Positions 43,825 through 53,137 of a stretch of 64,000 bases of DNA are shown here, in pieces. The stretch is from a virus. Its lineage: Duplodnaviria; Heunggongvirae; Uroviricota; Caudoviricetes. The stretch's first letter is position 1, and each line of letters starts with the position of its first letter. The stretch lies in IMG/VR virus record IMGVR_UViG_2974540528_000001, positions 33,169 through 97,168 of that record. One strand, 5' to 3'. A program made the translations under genes and the position numbers. The notes under the pieces were generated by a model that was not told where the DNA came from, searched no databases, and was given only the letters and a program-made list of their open reading frames with translations.

Positions 43825-46137
43825 TTGATCAATACAGTTGTGAAGAGTGATGGTAGTGTGGTTCCATTTGAACCAGAACGTCTAAACAAGGCCGCTATCT
43901 TTGGTGATGACGGTAATGGTAACTGGTCGTATATCTCAATGGATGCATATAAGCGACTGTATGACGGCTGCACCACTCGTGAAGTTAACCAGGCATTGAT
44001 CGACGCCTGTGTGAGTCGTAAAGACGAAGCCCATTCACGGATGGCTGGGCGCGTCCTGATTGGACAAATCTACAAGGAAGCTTTTGGCGGATTTAAGAAA
44101 ATCCCAAGCCTTACCGAGTTTTACCAGGACATGGTGATGCGTGGGTACTGGGAAGAAATGGGCTATACTGGACCTGAGCTGTTAAACTTTGATCAAGTCA
44201 TTGACCACAGTAAGGACCTGAGTTATGGGTATGCGGTTCTGAAACAGTTCCGGGATAAGTATGGTATCAAAGATAACATCAATGATATCCTGTTCGAATC
44301 CCCACAGATGATGTTCATGGGTATTGCTATGGCTGTTATGAAGAATATGCCATTATCCCGTAGGAAGAATGACGTCATCAGACTGTATACGTATCTCTCT
44401 GACCTTAAGATCAATGCGCCAACGCCGTACCTGAATGGTCTGCGTACTGGTAAAACGGGATATGCATCCTGTTGCATTATCAAAGCAGACGATACAGCAA
44501 AAAGTATTGGTGTTGCTCGTGAAGTGGCGTACACTATGACGGTAGCACAGGCAGGGATCGGTTATTACCTGTCCTCCCGCTCTATCGGCGATGGTGTTCG
44601 TGACAATACGATCAAACACATGGGTAAACTCCCGTATTACCGTGGAATTGATGTTGGTGTTAAGGAAAATCGTCAACAATCCCGTGGTGGTTCTGCAACG
44701 GTGTCTTTCCTTGCGTTAGACCCGCAAGTTGAAGAACTGATGCGCCTGCGTAATCCGATGACGGTTACCTCAAAGCGTATCAACACGATGGACTATTCGA
44801 TCGGTGTCAACCACTCGTTCATGAATCGAGTGGCTAAGAATCTGGACTGGATGTTGGTGTCATATAAGGATGCCCCTCAGTTGCATGAGGGTATGTTCCG
44901 AATGACAATGCAGGAGTTTGATGCTGAGGTTGCCCGTGTAGCAGCAGATACGAAGATTCCAAAAACTTGGGTGAAGGCGCGTGATCTGGCAATGGAGCTG
45001 ATCACTCAACGTGCAGAAACTGGTCGTCTTTATGTTTACTGGCCTGACGAAATGAACCGTCATACGCCATTTCTTGAGACAATCTATTCATCTAACTTGT
45101 GTCAAGAAATCTGTCTGCCAACAAAAGGGTATACAGATATGCGGAACATTTTCAACCCGACTGTTGATGATGGTGAAGTTGCATTGTGCTTTATCGCCTC
45201 TCTTGTTGCTGGTCGTATTTCTGAAGAAGAGTACGAGGATGTTGCTTACTACACCGTCCTGATGATCGACAACGTTATGGATATCATGGACTATCCGTAT
45301 GAGAATATGAAGTACACAGCCGAATCTCGTCGTTCGATTGGTGTTGGCCTAACCAACCTTGCACACTACATCGCGAAACACAAAGTCGCGTATGGTTCTC
45401 CTGAGAGCAAACAGTTAGTTCACGATCTGGCAGAACTGCATAGCTTCAGTCTGCATAGGGCAAGTCTGCGACTGGCTAAAGAGCGTGGTGTTGCTCCGTG
45501 GATGAATAAGACTAAGTACCCGCAGGGTTGGTTGCCTATCGATACCTATAATAAGGCAGTTGATAGTGTCGTGAAGAATCCGAGCCTGAAGCAGGACTGG
45601 GAAACTTTGCGCCAGGAAATCATCGAAAATGGTGGTATCCGTAACAGTGTTCTGGAAGCTTATATGCCGAACGAAAGTTCATCATTGGCTACCAACACAA
45701 CAAATGGCCTGTATCCAGTACGTGACCATGTGATCTTCAAGAAATCCCCTCAAGGCTCTGTGCTGTTTATCGTGCCTGAGTATGAAGAGCTGAAGGAATA
45801 TTACACATCGGCTTGGGATATCGATACGAATGACTTGATTGATATCTATGCAATCATTCAGAAGTTTGCAGGGCAAGCAATTAGTGCGGATCTTTACATC
45901 GACTATACCCAGTTGCCGGATGGTAAGATTTCCATGAAACAACAACTTGGGTATCTGATTCGCGCCACGAAGATGGGAATGAAGACATGGTATTACCTGA
46001 ACTCCAAGGTTGGGGCGGGAGACTCCCTCACTGAGGAACTTCATGCTAAAGCAAAAGCTGAGGAAGAGACAAGGGCTGTTGCACCACTTATCGCCGGGGA
46101 TACTGAAGATCCTTATTGCGAAAGTTGTTCTTTATAA
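43825..46137 (+). CDS. nrdA: ribonucleoside-diphosphate reductase class I alpha subunit
   Basis: 770 aa; active-site region SNLCQEICLP (conserved Cys-Glu), C-terminal Cys pair CESCSL, N-terminal ATP-cone-like region. Confidence 0.85.
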   Translation: MINTVVKSDGSVVPFEPERLNKAAIFGDDGNGNWSYISMDAYKRLYDGCTTREVNQALIDACVSRKDEAHSRMAGRVLIGQIYKEAFGGFKKIPSLTEFYQDMVMRGYWEEMGYTGPELLNFDQVIDHSKDLSYGYAVLKQFRDKYGIKDNINDILFESPQMMFMGIAMAVMKNMPLSRRKNDVIRLYTYLSDLKINAPTPYLNGLRTGKTGYASCCIIKADDTAKSIGVAREVAYTMTVAQAGIGYYLSSRSIGDGVRDNTIKHMGKLPYYRGIDVGVKENRQQSRGGSATVSFLALDPQVEELMRLRNPMTVTSKRINTMDYSIGVNHSFMNRVAKNLDWMLVSYKDAPQLHEGMFRMTMQEFDAEVARVAADTKIPKTWVKARDLAMELITQRAETGRLYVYWPDEMNRHTPFLETIYSSNLCQEICLPTKGYTDMRNIFNPTVDDGEVALCFIASLVAGRISEEEYEDVAYYTVLMIDNVMDIMDYPYENMKYTAESRRSIGVGLTNLAHYIAKHKVAYGSPESKQLVHDLAELHSFSLHRASLRLAKERGVAPWMNKTKYPQGWLPIDTYNKAVDSVVKNPSLKQDWETLRQEIIENGGIRNSVLEAYMPNESSSLATNTTNGLYPVRDHVIFKKSPQGSVLFIVPEYEELKEYYTSAWDIDTNDLIDIYAIIQKFAGQAISADLYIDYTQLPDGKISMKQQLGYLIRATKMGMKTWYYLNSKVGAGDSLTEELHAKAKAEEETRAVAPLIAGDTEDPYCESCSL

Positions 46138-46142
46138 GTTGT

Positions 46143-46164
46143 AGGGGCTTCGGCCCCGTTTTTG
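46143..46164 (+). terminator. rho-independent terminator/attenuator between nrdA and nrdB
   Basis: AGGGGCTTCGGCCCC followed by GTTTTTG. Confidence 0.5.
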
Positions 46165-46174
46165 AGGAGAGAAA

Positions 46175-47263
46175 ATGGCAGTTTTTAACGTAGAAAACAC
46201 CGCGCATAAGACCGGGGACTACCCACTGTTCCTTGGTCAACAGATGGGGATGTATGACTCCATCAATAAAAAGTATCCGCAACTGTTTGACCTGTATAAA
46301 AAGCAGAAAGAACAGGACTGGTCAGAAGATGAAGTTGAACTAAGCCAGTCTATCACTGACTTTGCTACTTGCAGCAAATCGACTTACGACGTCATGGTGC
46401 AGACCCTGATGTGGCAATGGGAAGCTGATAGTGTTGCAGCACAGTCTATCATCTGTCTGTTTGCACCGTTCATCACGAATAGTGAACTGTTCGCCATGAT
46501 GATGAAGCAATCAGAGATTGAAGTCCTACATGCTCTGACGTATTCTGATATCGTTCGTCAATGTCTGCCTAATTCTCGCCAGATCATTGAAGATATTCAG
46601 AACAACCAAGCAGTCCTTGAACGCTCTGGAGTCATTGTCAAATTCATGCGTGAATTAGAGATCCTCGGTGCTCGATACCGTATTGACCCGGACTCTGTCG
46701 ACAAAGAGGAAATCCGTCGAGGAATCCTGAGAGCTATGTTCTCCCTGTTGGGGCTGGAAGGTATTGAATTCATCTCTAGCTTTGCCTGTACGTTCGCTCT
46801 TGCAGAACAGGGTGTGTTTGTCCAGGTGGGGCAGCTAGTGCAGAAAATTATGTTGGATGAGATGCTGCATACCAAGATGGATTTCGGAGTTATCGATATC
46901 CTTCTGAAAGACCCGGTATGGAAGGCCAGTTTTATCGCAATCAAGCACGAGCTGAAAGCAATTCTGGATGAAGTTCGTACCAATGAATATGGTTGGGGCG
47001 ATTATCTCTTCAGTGAAGGCCGTGCGATCATCGGGTTGAACGCTCCATTGCTGAAAGATTGGACTGACTGGAACTGTGCTCCGATCTACGATTACTACGG
47101 CATTGAAAAAGATTTCGTAGCACCAAAACGTGATCCTCTCCCGTTCATGGATGTTTGGATGAATCCTTCCAAGCAACAGAATGCGAATCAGGAACAAACA
47201 AACACCGATTATCGTCTTAATGCGACAGTCAATGACGCTGAAGACGAAGTCTGGGATTTTTAA
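46175..47263 (+). CDS. nrdB: ribonucleoside-diphosphate reductase class I beta subunit
   Basis: 362 aa; ferritin-like di-iron ligands (EVLHALTYSDI, EGIEFISSFA, LDEMLHTKMD) and C-terminal acidic tail WDF. Confidence 0.8.
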   Translation: MAVFNVENTAHKTGDYPLFLGQQMGMYDSINKKYPQLFDLYKKQKEQDWSEDEVELSQSITDFATCSKSTYDVMVQTLMWQWEADSVAAQSIICLFAPFITNSELFAMMMKQSEIEVLHALTYSDIVRQCLPNSRQIIEDIQNNQAVLERSGVIVKFMRELEILGARYRIDPDSVDKEEIRRGILRAMFSLLGLEGIEFISSFACTFALAEQGVFVQVGQLVQKIMLDEMLHTKMDFGVIDILLKDPVWKASFIAIKHELKAILDEVRTNEYGWGDYLFSEGRAIIGLNAPLLKDWTDWNCAPIYDYYGIEKDFVAPKRDPLPFMDVWMNPSKQQNANQEQTNTDYRLNATVNDAEDEVWDF

Positions 47264-47272
47264 GGAGTAACA

Positions 47273-47545
47273 ATGAATCTGAAGAATTCCACCTTTACCA
47301 TTTATGGTAAGGAGAACTGCCAGCACTGCACCCGCGCGAAGGAGTTCGCCATTGCAAACGGGATCGAGTATATCTATCTGACACTCGGGAAGAATTACAC
47401 CAAGGAAGAGCTGGTGGAGCAGTGCGCCCCGGTTATCCCTCGCACCGTCCCGCAGATTTTCCGTGAGACGGACTCCTCAACGGAGTACATTGGTGGCGCT
47501 GATGACTTCATTGCTTTTGTGCAAAAACATATGAAATCCTGTTGA
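47273..47545 (+). CDS. glutaredoxin-like protein (NrdH/Grx)
   Basis: 90 aa; thioredoxin-fold motif YGKENCQHCTRAKE at N-terminus; directly downstream of nrdAB. Confidence 0.65.
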   Translation: MNLKNSTFTIYGKENCQHCTRAKEFAIANGIEYIYLTLGKNYTKEELVEQCAPVIPRTVPQIFRETDSSTEYIGGADDFIAFVQKHMKSC

Positions 47546-47570
47546 CATAGCAACCTTCTGTCTGTATGAT
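47542..47570 (+). promoter_or_regulatory. sigma70-type promoter TTGACA-N17-TATGAT
   Basis: Hexamers at 47542-47547 and 47565-47570. Confidence 0.5.
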
Positions 47571-47625
47571 TTATGTAATCCTGCCGAGAAATCTGTCCGG
47601 CAGGAAATTTAGAGGAGAATTCGAA

Positions 47626-47766
47626 TGAGTAAGAAAGCACTGCGTAAGGCATATACCAAGGAACTGGCTCTGGAACTGCGTGGCAAAAAGCCGAAGAATA
47701 AACGCTCTTCTGATGAAGAACTTCAGCAACTTGCAGCAGACGCTGCCGCTCGCGGGGGTTACTAAT
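47626..47766 (+). CDS. hypothetical small basic protein
   Basis: 46-aa ORF not in the supplied track; RBS AGAGGAGAATTCGAATG. Confidence 0.3.
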
Positions 47767-48145
47767 GTCAAAAAAGGCCGCAGTTGTAACCACTGACTTA
47801 CGACCTTCTCTGGCAAAGGAGTTTGTTTCTCTGGTGTGGGACCGACTGATCGGAGATTTTGCTACTGGATTGCAGGTGCAGGTTGAAAGTCTCCAGAACA
47901 TGGTGAAGGGAGAGAAAGACGTATATTTTGCCAAGGAAATAAAGGAGAAAAAAGAACGCCTTCGTAAAACTCTCTCTACAGGGGTTCAACAGAAAGTGTT
48001 TGATAAATTGGTCTGCCAGTTGGCAGAGGCTTTGACAGAAGAAGAGCTGAGATACGCGATCTTCCAAGAGAAGATTACGATCAAGATTCATGGGGTAGCC
48101 TCCCAGCTCGAAGCGGCTTTTGAAGAGGCGGTGGGAGAGGCCTAA
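47765..48145 (+). CDS. hypothetical protein
   Basis: 126-aa charged helical ORF. Confidence 0.4.
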   Translation: MSKKAAVVTTDLRPSLAKEFVSLVWDRLIGDFATGLQVQVESLQNMVKGEKDVYFAKEIKEKKERLRKTLSTGVQQKVFDKLVCQLAEALTEEELRYAIFQEKITIKIHGVASQLEAAFEEAVGEA

Positions 48146-48164
48146 CCTGAAAAAAGGAGGTCTT

Positions 48165-48719
48165 TTGAAACTTACGCTGGAACAACTCAACAAAATATTT
48201 CCGAATGGCGCGAAGGCTGGCAGAAATGCCAAGTTTATTGGTCCTTTGAATGATTTGTTTGAGAAGGGTGGTATTAATACTGTCAACCGCATTGCCGGAT
48301 TCCTTTCCCAAATCGGTGTGGAGTCCGCAGAGTTCCTGTATACCAGAGAGCTTGGAAACAATGCCTACTTTAATAAGTATGATACCGGACCAATTGCAAA
48401 GCGACTTGGCAATACACCAGAAAAGGATGGTGACGGAGCTAAGTACAAGGGACGTGGTCTGATCCAAGTCACCGGGCTTGCAAACTACAAAGCTTGTGGT
48501 AAAGCCTTAGGGTTGGATCTCGTCAATCACCCTGAATTACTTGAACAGCCGAAATATGCAGTTGACAGCGCTGGTTGGTACTGGAACATGAGAAACATCA
48601 ACGCCGCTTGCGATGCTGATGATATCACCAAAATCACCAAGCTGGTAAATGGCGGGACTAACCACCTCGCAGAAAGAACCGCATACTACAAAAAGGCAAA
48701 ATCTGTTCTAACCTCTTAA
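48165..48719 (+). CDS. endolysin, glycoside hydrolase family 19 (chitinase-like lysozyme)
   Basis: Track ORF 48120-48719; probable TTG start 48165 after AAAAAGGAGG; GH19 signature YKGRGLIQVTGLANY and catalytic-region E in GVESAEF. Confidence 0.65.
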   Translation: MKLTLEQLNKIFPNGAKAGRNAKFIGPLNDLFEKGGINTVNRIAGFLSQIGVESAEFLYTRELGNNAYFNKYDTGPIAKRLGNTPEKDGDGAKYKGRGLIQVTGLANYKACGKALGLDLVNHPELLEQPKYAVDSAGWYWNMRNINAACDADDITKITKLVNGGTNHLAERTAYYKKAKSVLTS

Positions 48720-48729
48720 GGAGAACCAC

Positions 48730-49518
48730 ATGGGAAGAAGCAAAGAGGCTCGTGCAACCAAACTCAGCGTTCGCCAGCAACAACGTGCTGAGAGACAAGC
48801 CAAGCACCACCCTAAATTCGATGAGGAAAGGAATAGCGCTCCACCGCTGACTCCTCTGAATGACAAGCAGCAAGATTACCTTCACAAGTTGCAAACTTGC
48901 AATATTGTTATCGCAAAAGGTATCTTCGGTACAGGTAAAACTTACCTGGCATCGGCCTACGCTGCTGATCTGCTCCGTAAGAATGAACTCGACAAGATCA
49001 TTGTCGCTCGCCCTTATGTGCAGACGGGTAAAACCTCCGGCTTCAAACCGGGAACATCGTTGGAAAAACTCTTCCCGTATGTTCGTAACATGTTAGACAC
49101 CATCCGTAAACGTATGGGCGACGGTGCCTATTACAATGCGCTTAAAGATGGTCTGAATGGGCGTATTGAAGTTCAGGAATTGGAAAGCATCCGTGGTCGT
49201 TCATTCGATGAAAGAAGCTATCTCCTGATCGACGAAGCCCAGCAGAGTACCCCAGAGGAAATGTTGAGTATCATCACACGTATCTCTGACAACTGTACAC
49301 TCGTGGTCATGGGGGATGCCTCTCAGAAAGATATCCACGGAATCTCCGGTCTGGAATGGGTGGAAGATTTCCTGAGCCGGAACGGGATCGCGGGTGTGGG
49401 TATTGTAAACTTCGACAACCCAGATGATGACATCGTCCGTGGTGGTATGGTTCGTGACATTGCCAAGGCGTTAATCGCCGACCGTGCAGAAGGACGCTAT
49501 ACTCCACTGGCTTCGTAA
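48730..49518 (+). CDS. phoH: PhoH-like ATPase
   Basis: 262 aa; Walker A IAKGIFGTGKTYLA, Walker B LLIDEAQ, PhoH-type C-terminal region. Confidence 0.75.
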   Translation: MGRSKEARATKLSVRQQQRAERQAKHHPKFDEERNSAPPLTPLNDKQQDYLHKLQTCNIVIAKGIFGTGKTYLASAYAADLLRKNELDKIIVARPYVQTGKTSGFKPGTSLEKLFPYVRNMLDTIRKRMGDGAYYNALKDGLNGRIEVQELESIRGRSFDERSYLLIDEAQQSTPEEMLSIITRISDNCTLVVMGDASQKDIHGISGLEWVEDFLSRNGIAGVGIVNFDNPDDDIVRGGMVRDIAKALIADRAEGRYTPLAS

Positions 49519-49527
49519 CGGAGGATT

Positions 49528-50133
49528 ATGGCTTATTATACAGGCGTGGGCGAAAGCCCACCCTACTCTGGGCAAACATTAAGAAAGATGAATAGATATG
49601 TATTTCATCCACAAGGCAAACGTTGTTGCAGTTCATGTCAGGAAATAAAAGACTTGAATAAAGAAAACTTCGGTGTACATAGATACTACAGGGATGAAAA
49701 CGGCAAGATTGTTTCTGTAGGTTACGATGGAGCATGTAAGTTGTGCATGGTAAGAAAAAGAGCTTTGCACAACGCCAGAATAAAGGAAGATTATAAATGG
49801 TACTGCAAAAAACTGTTATCCCAGCTCAAGGCAAGAGCAAAGAGTGAAAACCTGCCGTTCAATCTCACTGCCGAAGATCTTATTCATGAGTTTGATGCTC
49901 AGGGCGGGTTATGTCGATATACAGGAAAGAAACTGGATTTTACCCTTCGGTGTTCAGAGAAGGGACAACCTCATAGGGATTTTCCATCTATAGATAGGAA
50001 AATCCCAAGCAGGGGCTATACATTAGGGAATGTTGAATGGGTAACCTATGCGGTAAACAGGATGAAAAACGACCTTACGGAAGAGGAATTTTTAGACTTC
50101 TGCCGTAATATAACAAAAATGGAGGGAATGTGA
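49528..50133 (+). CDS. HNH homing endonuclease
   Basis: 201 aa; Cys cluster CCSSCQ...CKLC and C-terminal SIDRKIPSRGYTLGNVEWVTYAVN typical of phage HNH homing endonucleases. Confidence 0.6.
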   Translation: MAYYTGVGESPPYSGQTLRKMNRYVFHPQGKRCCSSCQEIKDLNKENFGVHRYYRDENGKIVSVGYDGACKLCMVRKRALHNARIKEDYKWYCKKLLSQLKARAKSENLPFNLTAEDLIHEFDAQGGLCRYTGKKLDFTLRCSEKGQPHRDFPSIDRKIPSRGYTLGNVEWVTYAVNRMKNDLTEEEFLDFCRNITKMEGM

Positions 50134-50771
50134 GAGCGTACTACAGCGGCATAGGAAGCAGGGAGACCCCTCCTGAGGTTATCAGCATCATGGAAGATGC
50201 TGGTTTCCGCCTTGCAAGGTGCGGATTCACCTTGAGAAGTGGAAAAGCAGGTGGCGCAGATGAAGCATTCCAGGTCGGAATGCAAAAATATTACGAATCT
50301 CTTGACAATGGGAAGCAAGAAGAGTATCGTACACATTTGGCGGAGGTCTATATCCCCTGGGATGGATTTGCATCTGACAATGACAATCTCTGGGATTTTT
50401 GGGATTATCCTTTAGATTATCTTGATTATCTGATTCCCGACCAAAAGGTTGTACGTGAGGCACTGGTTGAGGAGATTCATCCTAATTTTGAAGCTCTTAA
50501 AAGAAAAAGAGGAGCTTTTGCGCTCCATTCTCGTAATGTGCATCAAGTCTTGGGGGCCAATATCCTCGATCCGCGTCCCTCTGCATTTTGTTTGTACTAT
50601 GCCAAAGAAGATAGGAACGGAAATCCTAAGGGAGGTACTGCAACCGCAGTTAATTTAGCCAGAAAGTACGGAGTTCGGGTTCTTAACCTGAACACACCTG
50701 ATAAACTAGCCTTGTTGGAGAGGTTCTTAAGATCCTTGGAGGAAAAACGTGGCATCCAGATTTCGCGATAA
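50130..50771 (+). CDS. DprA/SLOG-like Rossmann-fold protein (putative)
   Basis: 213 aa; N-terminal YYSGIGSRETPPEV...RSGKAGGADEAFQ resembles DprA/Smf and LOG/SLOG nucleotide-binding motifs; weak. Confidence 0.3.
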   Translation: MRAYYSGIGSRETPPEVISIMEDAGFRLARCGFTLRSGKAGGADEAFQVGMQKYYESLDNGKQEEYRTHLAEVYIPWDGFASDNDNLWDFWDYPLDYLDYLIPDQKVVREALVEEIHPNFEALKRKRGAFALHSRNVHQVLGANILDPRPSAFCLYYAKEDRNGNPKGGTATAVNLARKYGVRVLNLNTPDKLALLERFLRSLEEKRGIQISR

Positions 50772-51060
50772 GCTTAATAATTCTTATTGTCTCGTTAAAG
50801 TTGATGGGCAGGGCTGGTCAGTTGGTAAAATCGGTAACAAAGTGATTTTCATTACTTACAAGGATGGCGGGATGAAAAACATCTGTAACACAGACGATAC
50901 TGATTTATTCAGATACTTCCTGGAATCCATTGAGTACCAAAGTAAGAGAGAGTTATTCGTTGGTGACAAGGTCAACGTTGACAAGTTCGGACCGTACTAT
51001 GTGGTAGATATCGGTCACCGTGAGAAAGACGGGAGTATTAAGTACCTTATAGCTCGATAG
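50749..51060 (+). CDS. hypothetical protein
   Basis: 103-aa ORF. Confidence 0.35.
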   Translation: MASRFRDKLNNSYCLVKVDGQGWSVGKIGNKVIFITYKDGGMKNICNTDDTDLFRYFLESIEYQSKRELFVGDKVNVDKFGPYYVVDIGHREKDGSIKYLIAR

Positions 51061-51067
51061 GAGGAGT

Positions 51068-51562
51068 ATGACAGTTAGTATTCATGGGATTCTTTCCCAT
51101 CGGAGACTGATGGAACTGAAGAATTGTGGAGTCGTCGAGCCTGAATTTTTCGAGTCCGAGGTGACAAAGTATTACAATCTCTATCTAAAGGTTGTGGCTG
51201 AATCACTTTATAGAATGAATGACGGGTTCTTTACCCGGATGATTTATAGCCGTTCCGCTGCCGAGCGGGATGCCTCTTGGATGTTCCCGGATCGTCGTGA
51301 CCTGTTGGAACATTTGATTTACCTAGATGGAAAATCTCAGTACGTGAGTTTGACCAAAGAAGAGCTTAACCACTTTACGCTGTTGCATCAAGCGGCAGTA
51401 GCCTCAGAACGCGCCAAGAGGGTACTCCTGTGCTTTAAGTACAGCGACCAAGTCCTTGTGGATGATGATTCAGGGTTCAATATAGACTGGTTGTTACGGA
51501 ATGCATATACATTACGACAACTGATTGTAGACGCGAATGGGGAGACACAAGATGCAGAATAA
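51068..51562 (+). CDS. hypothetical protein
   Basis: 164-aa ORF with RBS AGGAGTATG. Confidence 0.4.
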   Translation: MTVSIHGILSHRRLMELKNCGVVEPEFFESEVTKYYNLYLKVVAESLYRMNDGFFTRMIYSRSAAERDASWMFPDRRDLLEHLIYLDGKSQYVSLTKEELNHFTLLHQAAVASERAKRVLLCFKYSDQVLVDDDSGFNIDWLLRNAYTLRQLIVDANGETQDAE

Positions 51563-52463
51563 CGACAAAAAGAATTACTTTGGCTTTGGCGGTGGTTTTG
51601 GTGGGGAAGGTTCTTTCTGCTATCCAATGCCCTCTCATGAGCATGTGATCTATATTCATGATTTGGATTATATGGAAGATCATTTCAATAAATTGCAACA
51701 AATACGTCAAGCCAACCCAGACGATATGGTGCGTGTTATCATCAACACTTACGGTGGACGTGTAGATATCGCAATGGCTTATGTTAGTGCGATGCGCGAG
51801 AGTCAAGCAACTGTAGTTACCCATGCAGAGGGGCAGGTGTGTTCTGCTGGAACAATCTTATGGCTGGCTTCTAAAGAGCGAACTGTCGCCCCAATGACGG
51901 AATTTATGTTCCATAACTACCAGGGTGGGGCATTTGGTGATGGGGCTAATATTTATACCCAGGTGCTGTTCTATAAACAACACTTCGATCGCTTAATCGA
52001 TTATTTCTACAAAGGTGTATTGACCGACGGGGAGATCAACACAATCAAAGGTGGCGGACAGGTGTGGCTAGATGAAGTTGAGATCACGAAACGAACCCGC
52101 GCAGTGATTTTGGATGATAAAAATATCGAAAGGATGAAATCCGGTAAAAATCCGATCGTAACCCCTGTTGGTGTGAAAGATACCCAGAAAGAGGACACCG
52201 TTACTGGAGACCCTGACCGAAGTGTTGTCCTGAAGGTACATGTCGATGGTGAGACTTTCTCGTTAGATGTGAGAAACCTGAAGGCTTCTGATTTCGATAT
52301 CTTCAACATCGATGAGCTGCAAAGCATTCTGTCACAGGTTGGGGCTATTGCACAAGGAGAAGAAAAGGCACTGGAGATTACCTCTCGTGATCGCCAAGCA
52401 CTAATCGAAGCTCTCCTGACCGCAGGTGAAGTTATCATCGACACCTTTGGGAATGCCGAGTAA
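51537..52463 (+). CDS. ClpP-like serine protease
   Basis: 308 aa; ClpP-type motifs INTYGGRVDIAMAYV, catalytic Ser context EGQVCSAGTILWLAS and His context MFHNYQGG; about 130-aa C-terminal extension. Confidence 0.6.
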   Translation: MGRHKMQNNDKKNYFGFGGGFGGEGSFCYPMPSHEHVIYIHDLDYMEDHFNKLQQIRQANPDDMVRVIINTYGGRVDIAMAYVSAMRESQATVVTHAEGQVCSAGTILWLASKERTVAPMTEFMFHNYQGGAFGDGANIYTQVLFYKQHFDRLIDYFYKGVLTDGEINTIKGGGQVWLDEVEITKRTRAVILDDKNIERMKSGKNPIVTPVGVKDTQKEDTVTGDPDRSVVLKVHVDGETFSLDVRNLKASDFDIFNIDELQSILSQVGAIAQGEEKALEITSRDRQALIEALLTAGEVIIDTFGNAE

Positions 52464-53137
52464 TGAGTGCTCCCCTGAAGAAAAAGGGGGAACGTAGGGT
52501 GTTTGGAGTGGGCCACAAGGCCCCTTCAACAAAGGTGTATGCTTTCGAAAACAAAGTTATGCTCTGGAAATGCCCTTATTACGTTCTCTGGACATCTATC
52601 TTAAGACGTTGTTACTCCGAAGTATATCTCTTGAAAAATCCCAGCTACAGAGGTTGTGTTGTGGCGGAGGTATGGCACACTTTCGAAAATTTTAAATCCT
52701 GGGTGCAGGAAAACCGAAATAAGATGGGATTTCTTGACAAGACCCTAGAGTTGGACAAGGACTTTTTGGGAGATGGGAAAACCTACGGCCCTGAGGAATG
52801 CGTATTTATACCATCATGGTTAAATAGTTTGTTGAACGATAGGCAGGGGGATTCACATCTTCCACTTGGTGTATACTTTAATAAGGCGATTGGTAAATAC
52901 AAGGCCCAGATTTCAAACCGTGGCGAAAGAGAATTCTTGGGATATTTCGATAATGCCTACGAGGCGCATCGTTCTTGGCAAAAAAGAAAAGTTGAAATAC
53001 TGATGCTGGCAAGGAAGAAGTATCTGTTGTCACCTTATCAAGATGAAAGGGTGGGAGCAGCTATAAAGACTATCTGCAAAAACATTTTGCAAGATCTGGC
53101 AGAGGGTAATTTGACACATAAGACGTTGAGGAAATGA
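52463..53137 (+). CDS. AP2-domain protein, paralog B of the ORF at 28244-28780
   Basis: 224 aa; shares N-terminal block (W..IL.RCYSE...NPSY.GC.V.E.W..F..F..W) and C-terminal AP2-like block (LPLGVYFNKAIGKYKAQI...LGYFDNAYEAHRSW) with the earlier paralog. Confidence 0.5.
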   Translation: MSAPLKKKGERRVFGVGHKAPSTKVYAFENKVMLWKCPYYVLWTSILRRCYSEVYLLKNPSYRGCVVAEVWHTFENFKSWVQENRNKMGFLDKTLELDKDFLGDGKTYGPEECVFIPSWLNSLLNDRQGDSHLPLGVYFNKAIGKYKAQISNRGEREFLGYFDNAYEAHRSWQKRKVEILMLARKKYLLSPYQDERVGAAIKTICKNILQDLAEGNLTHKTLRK

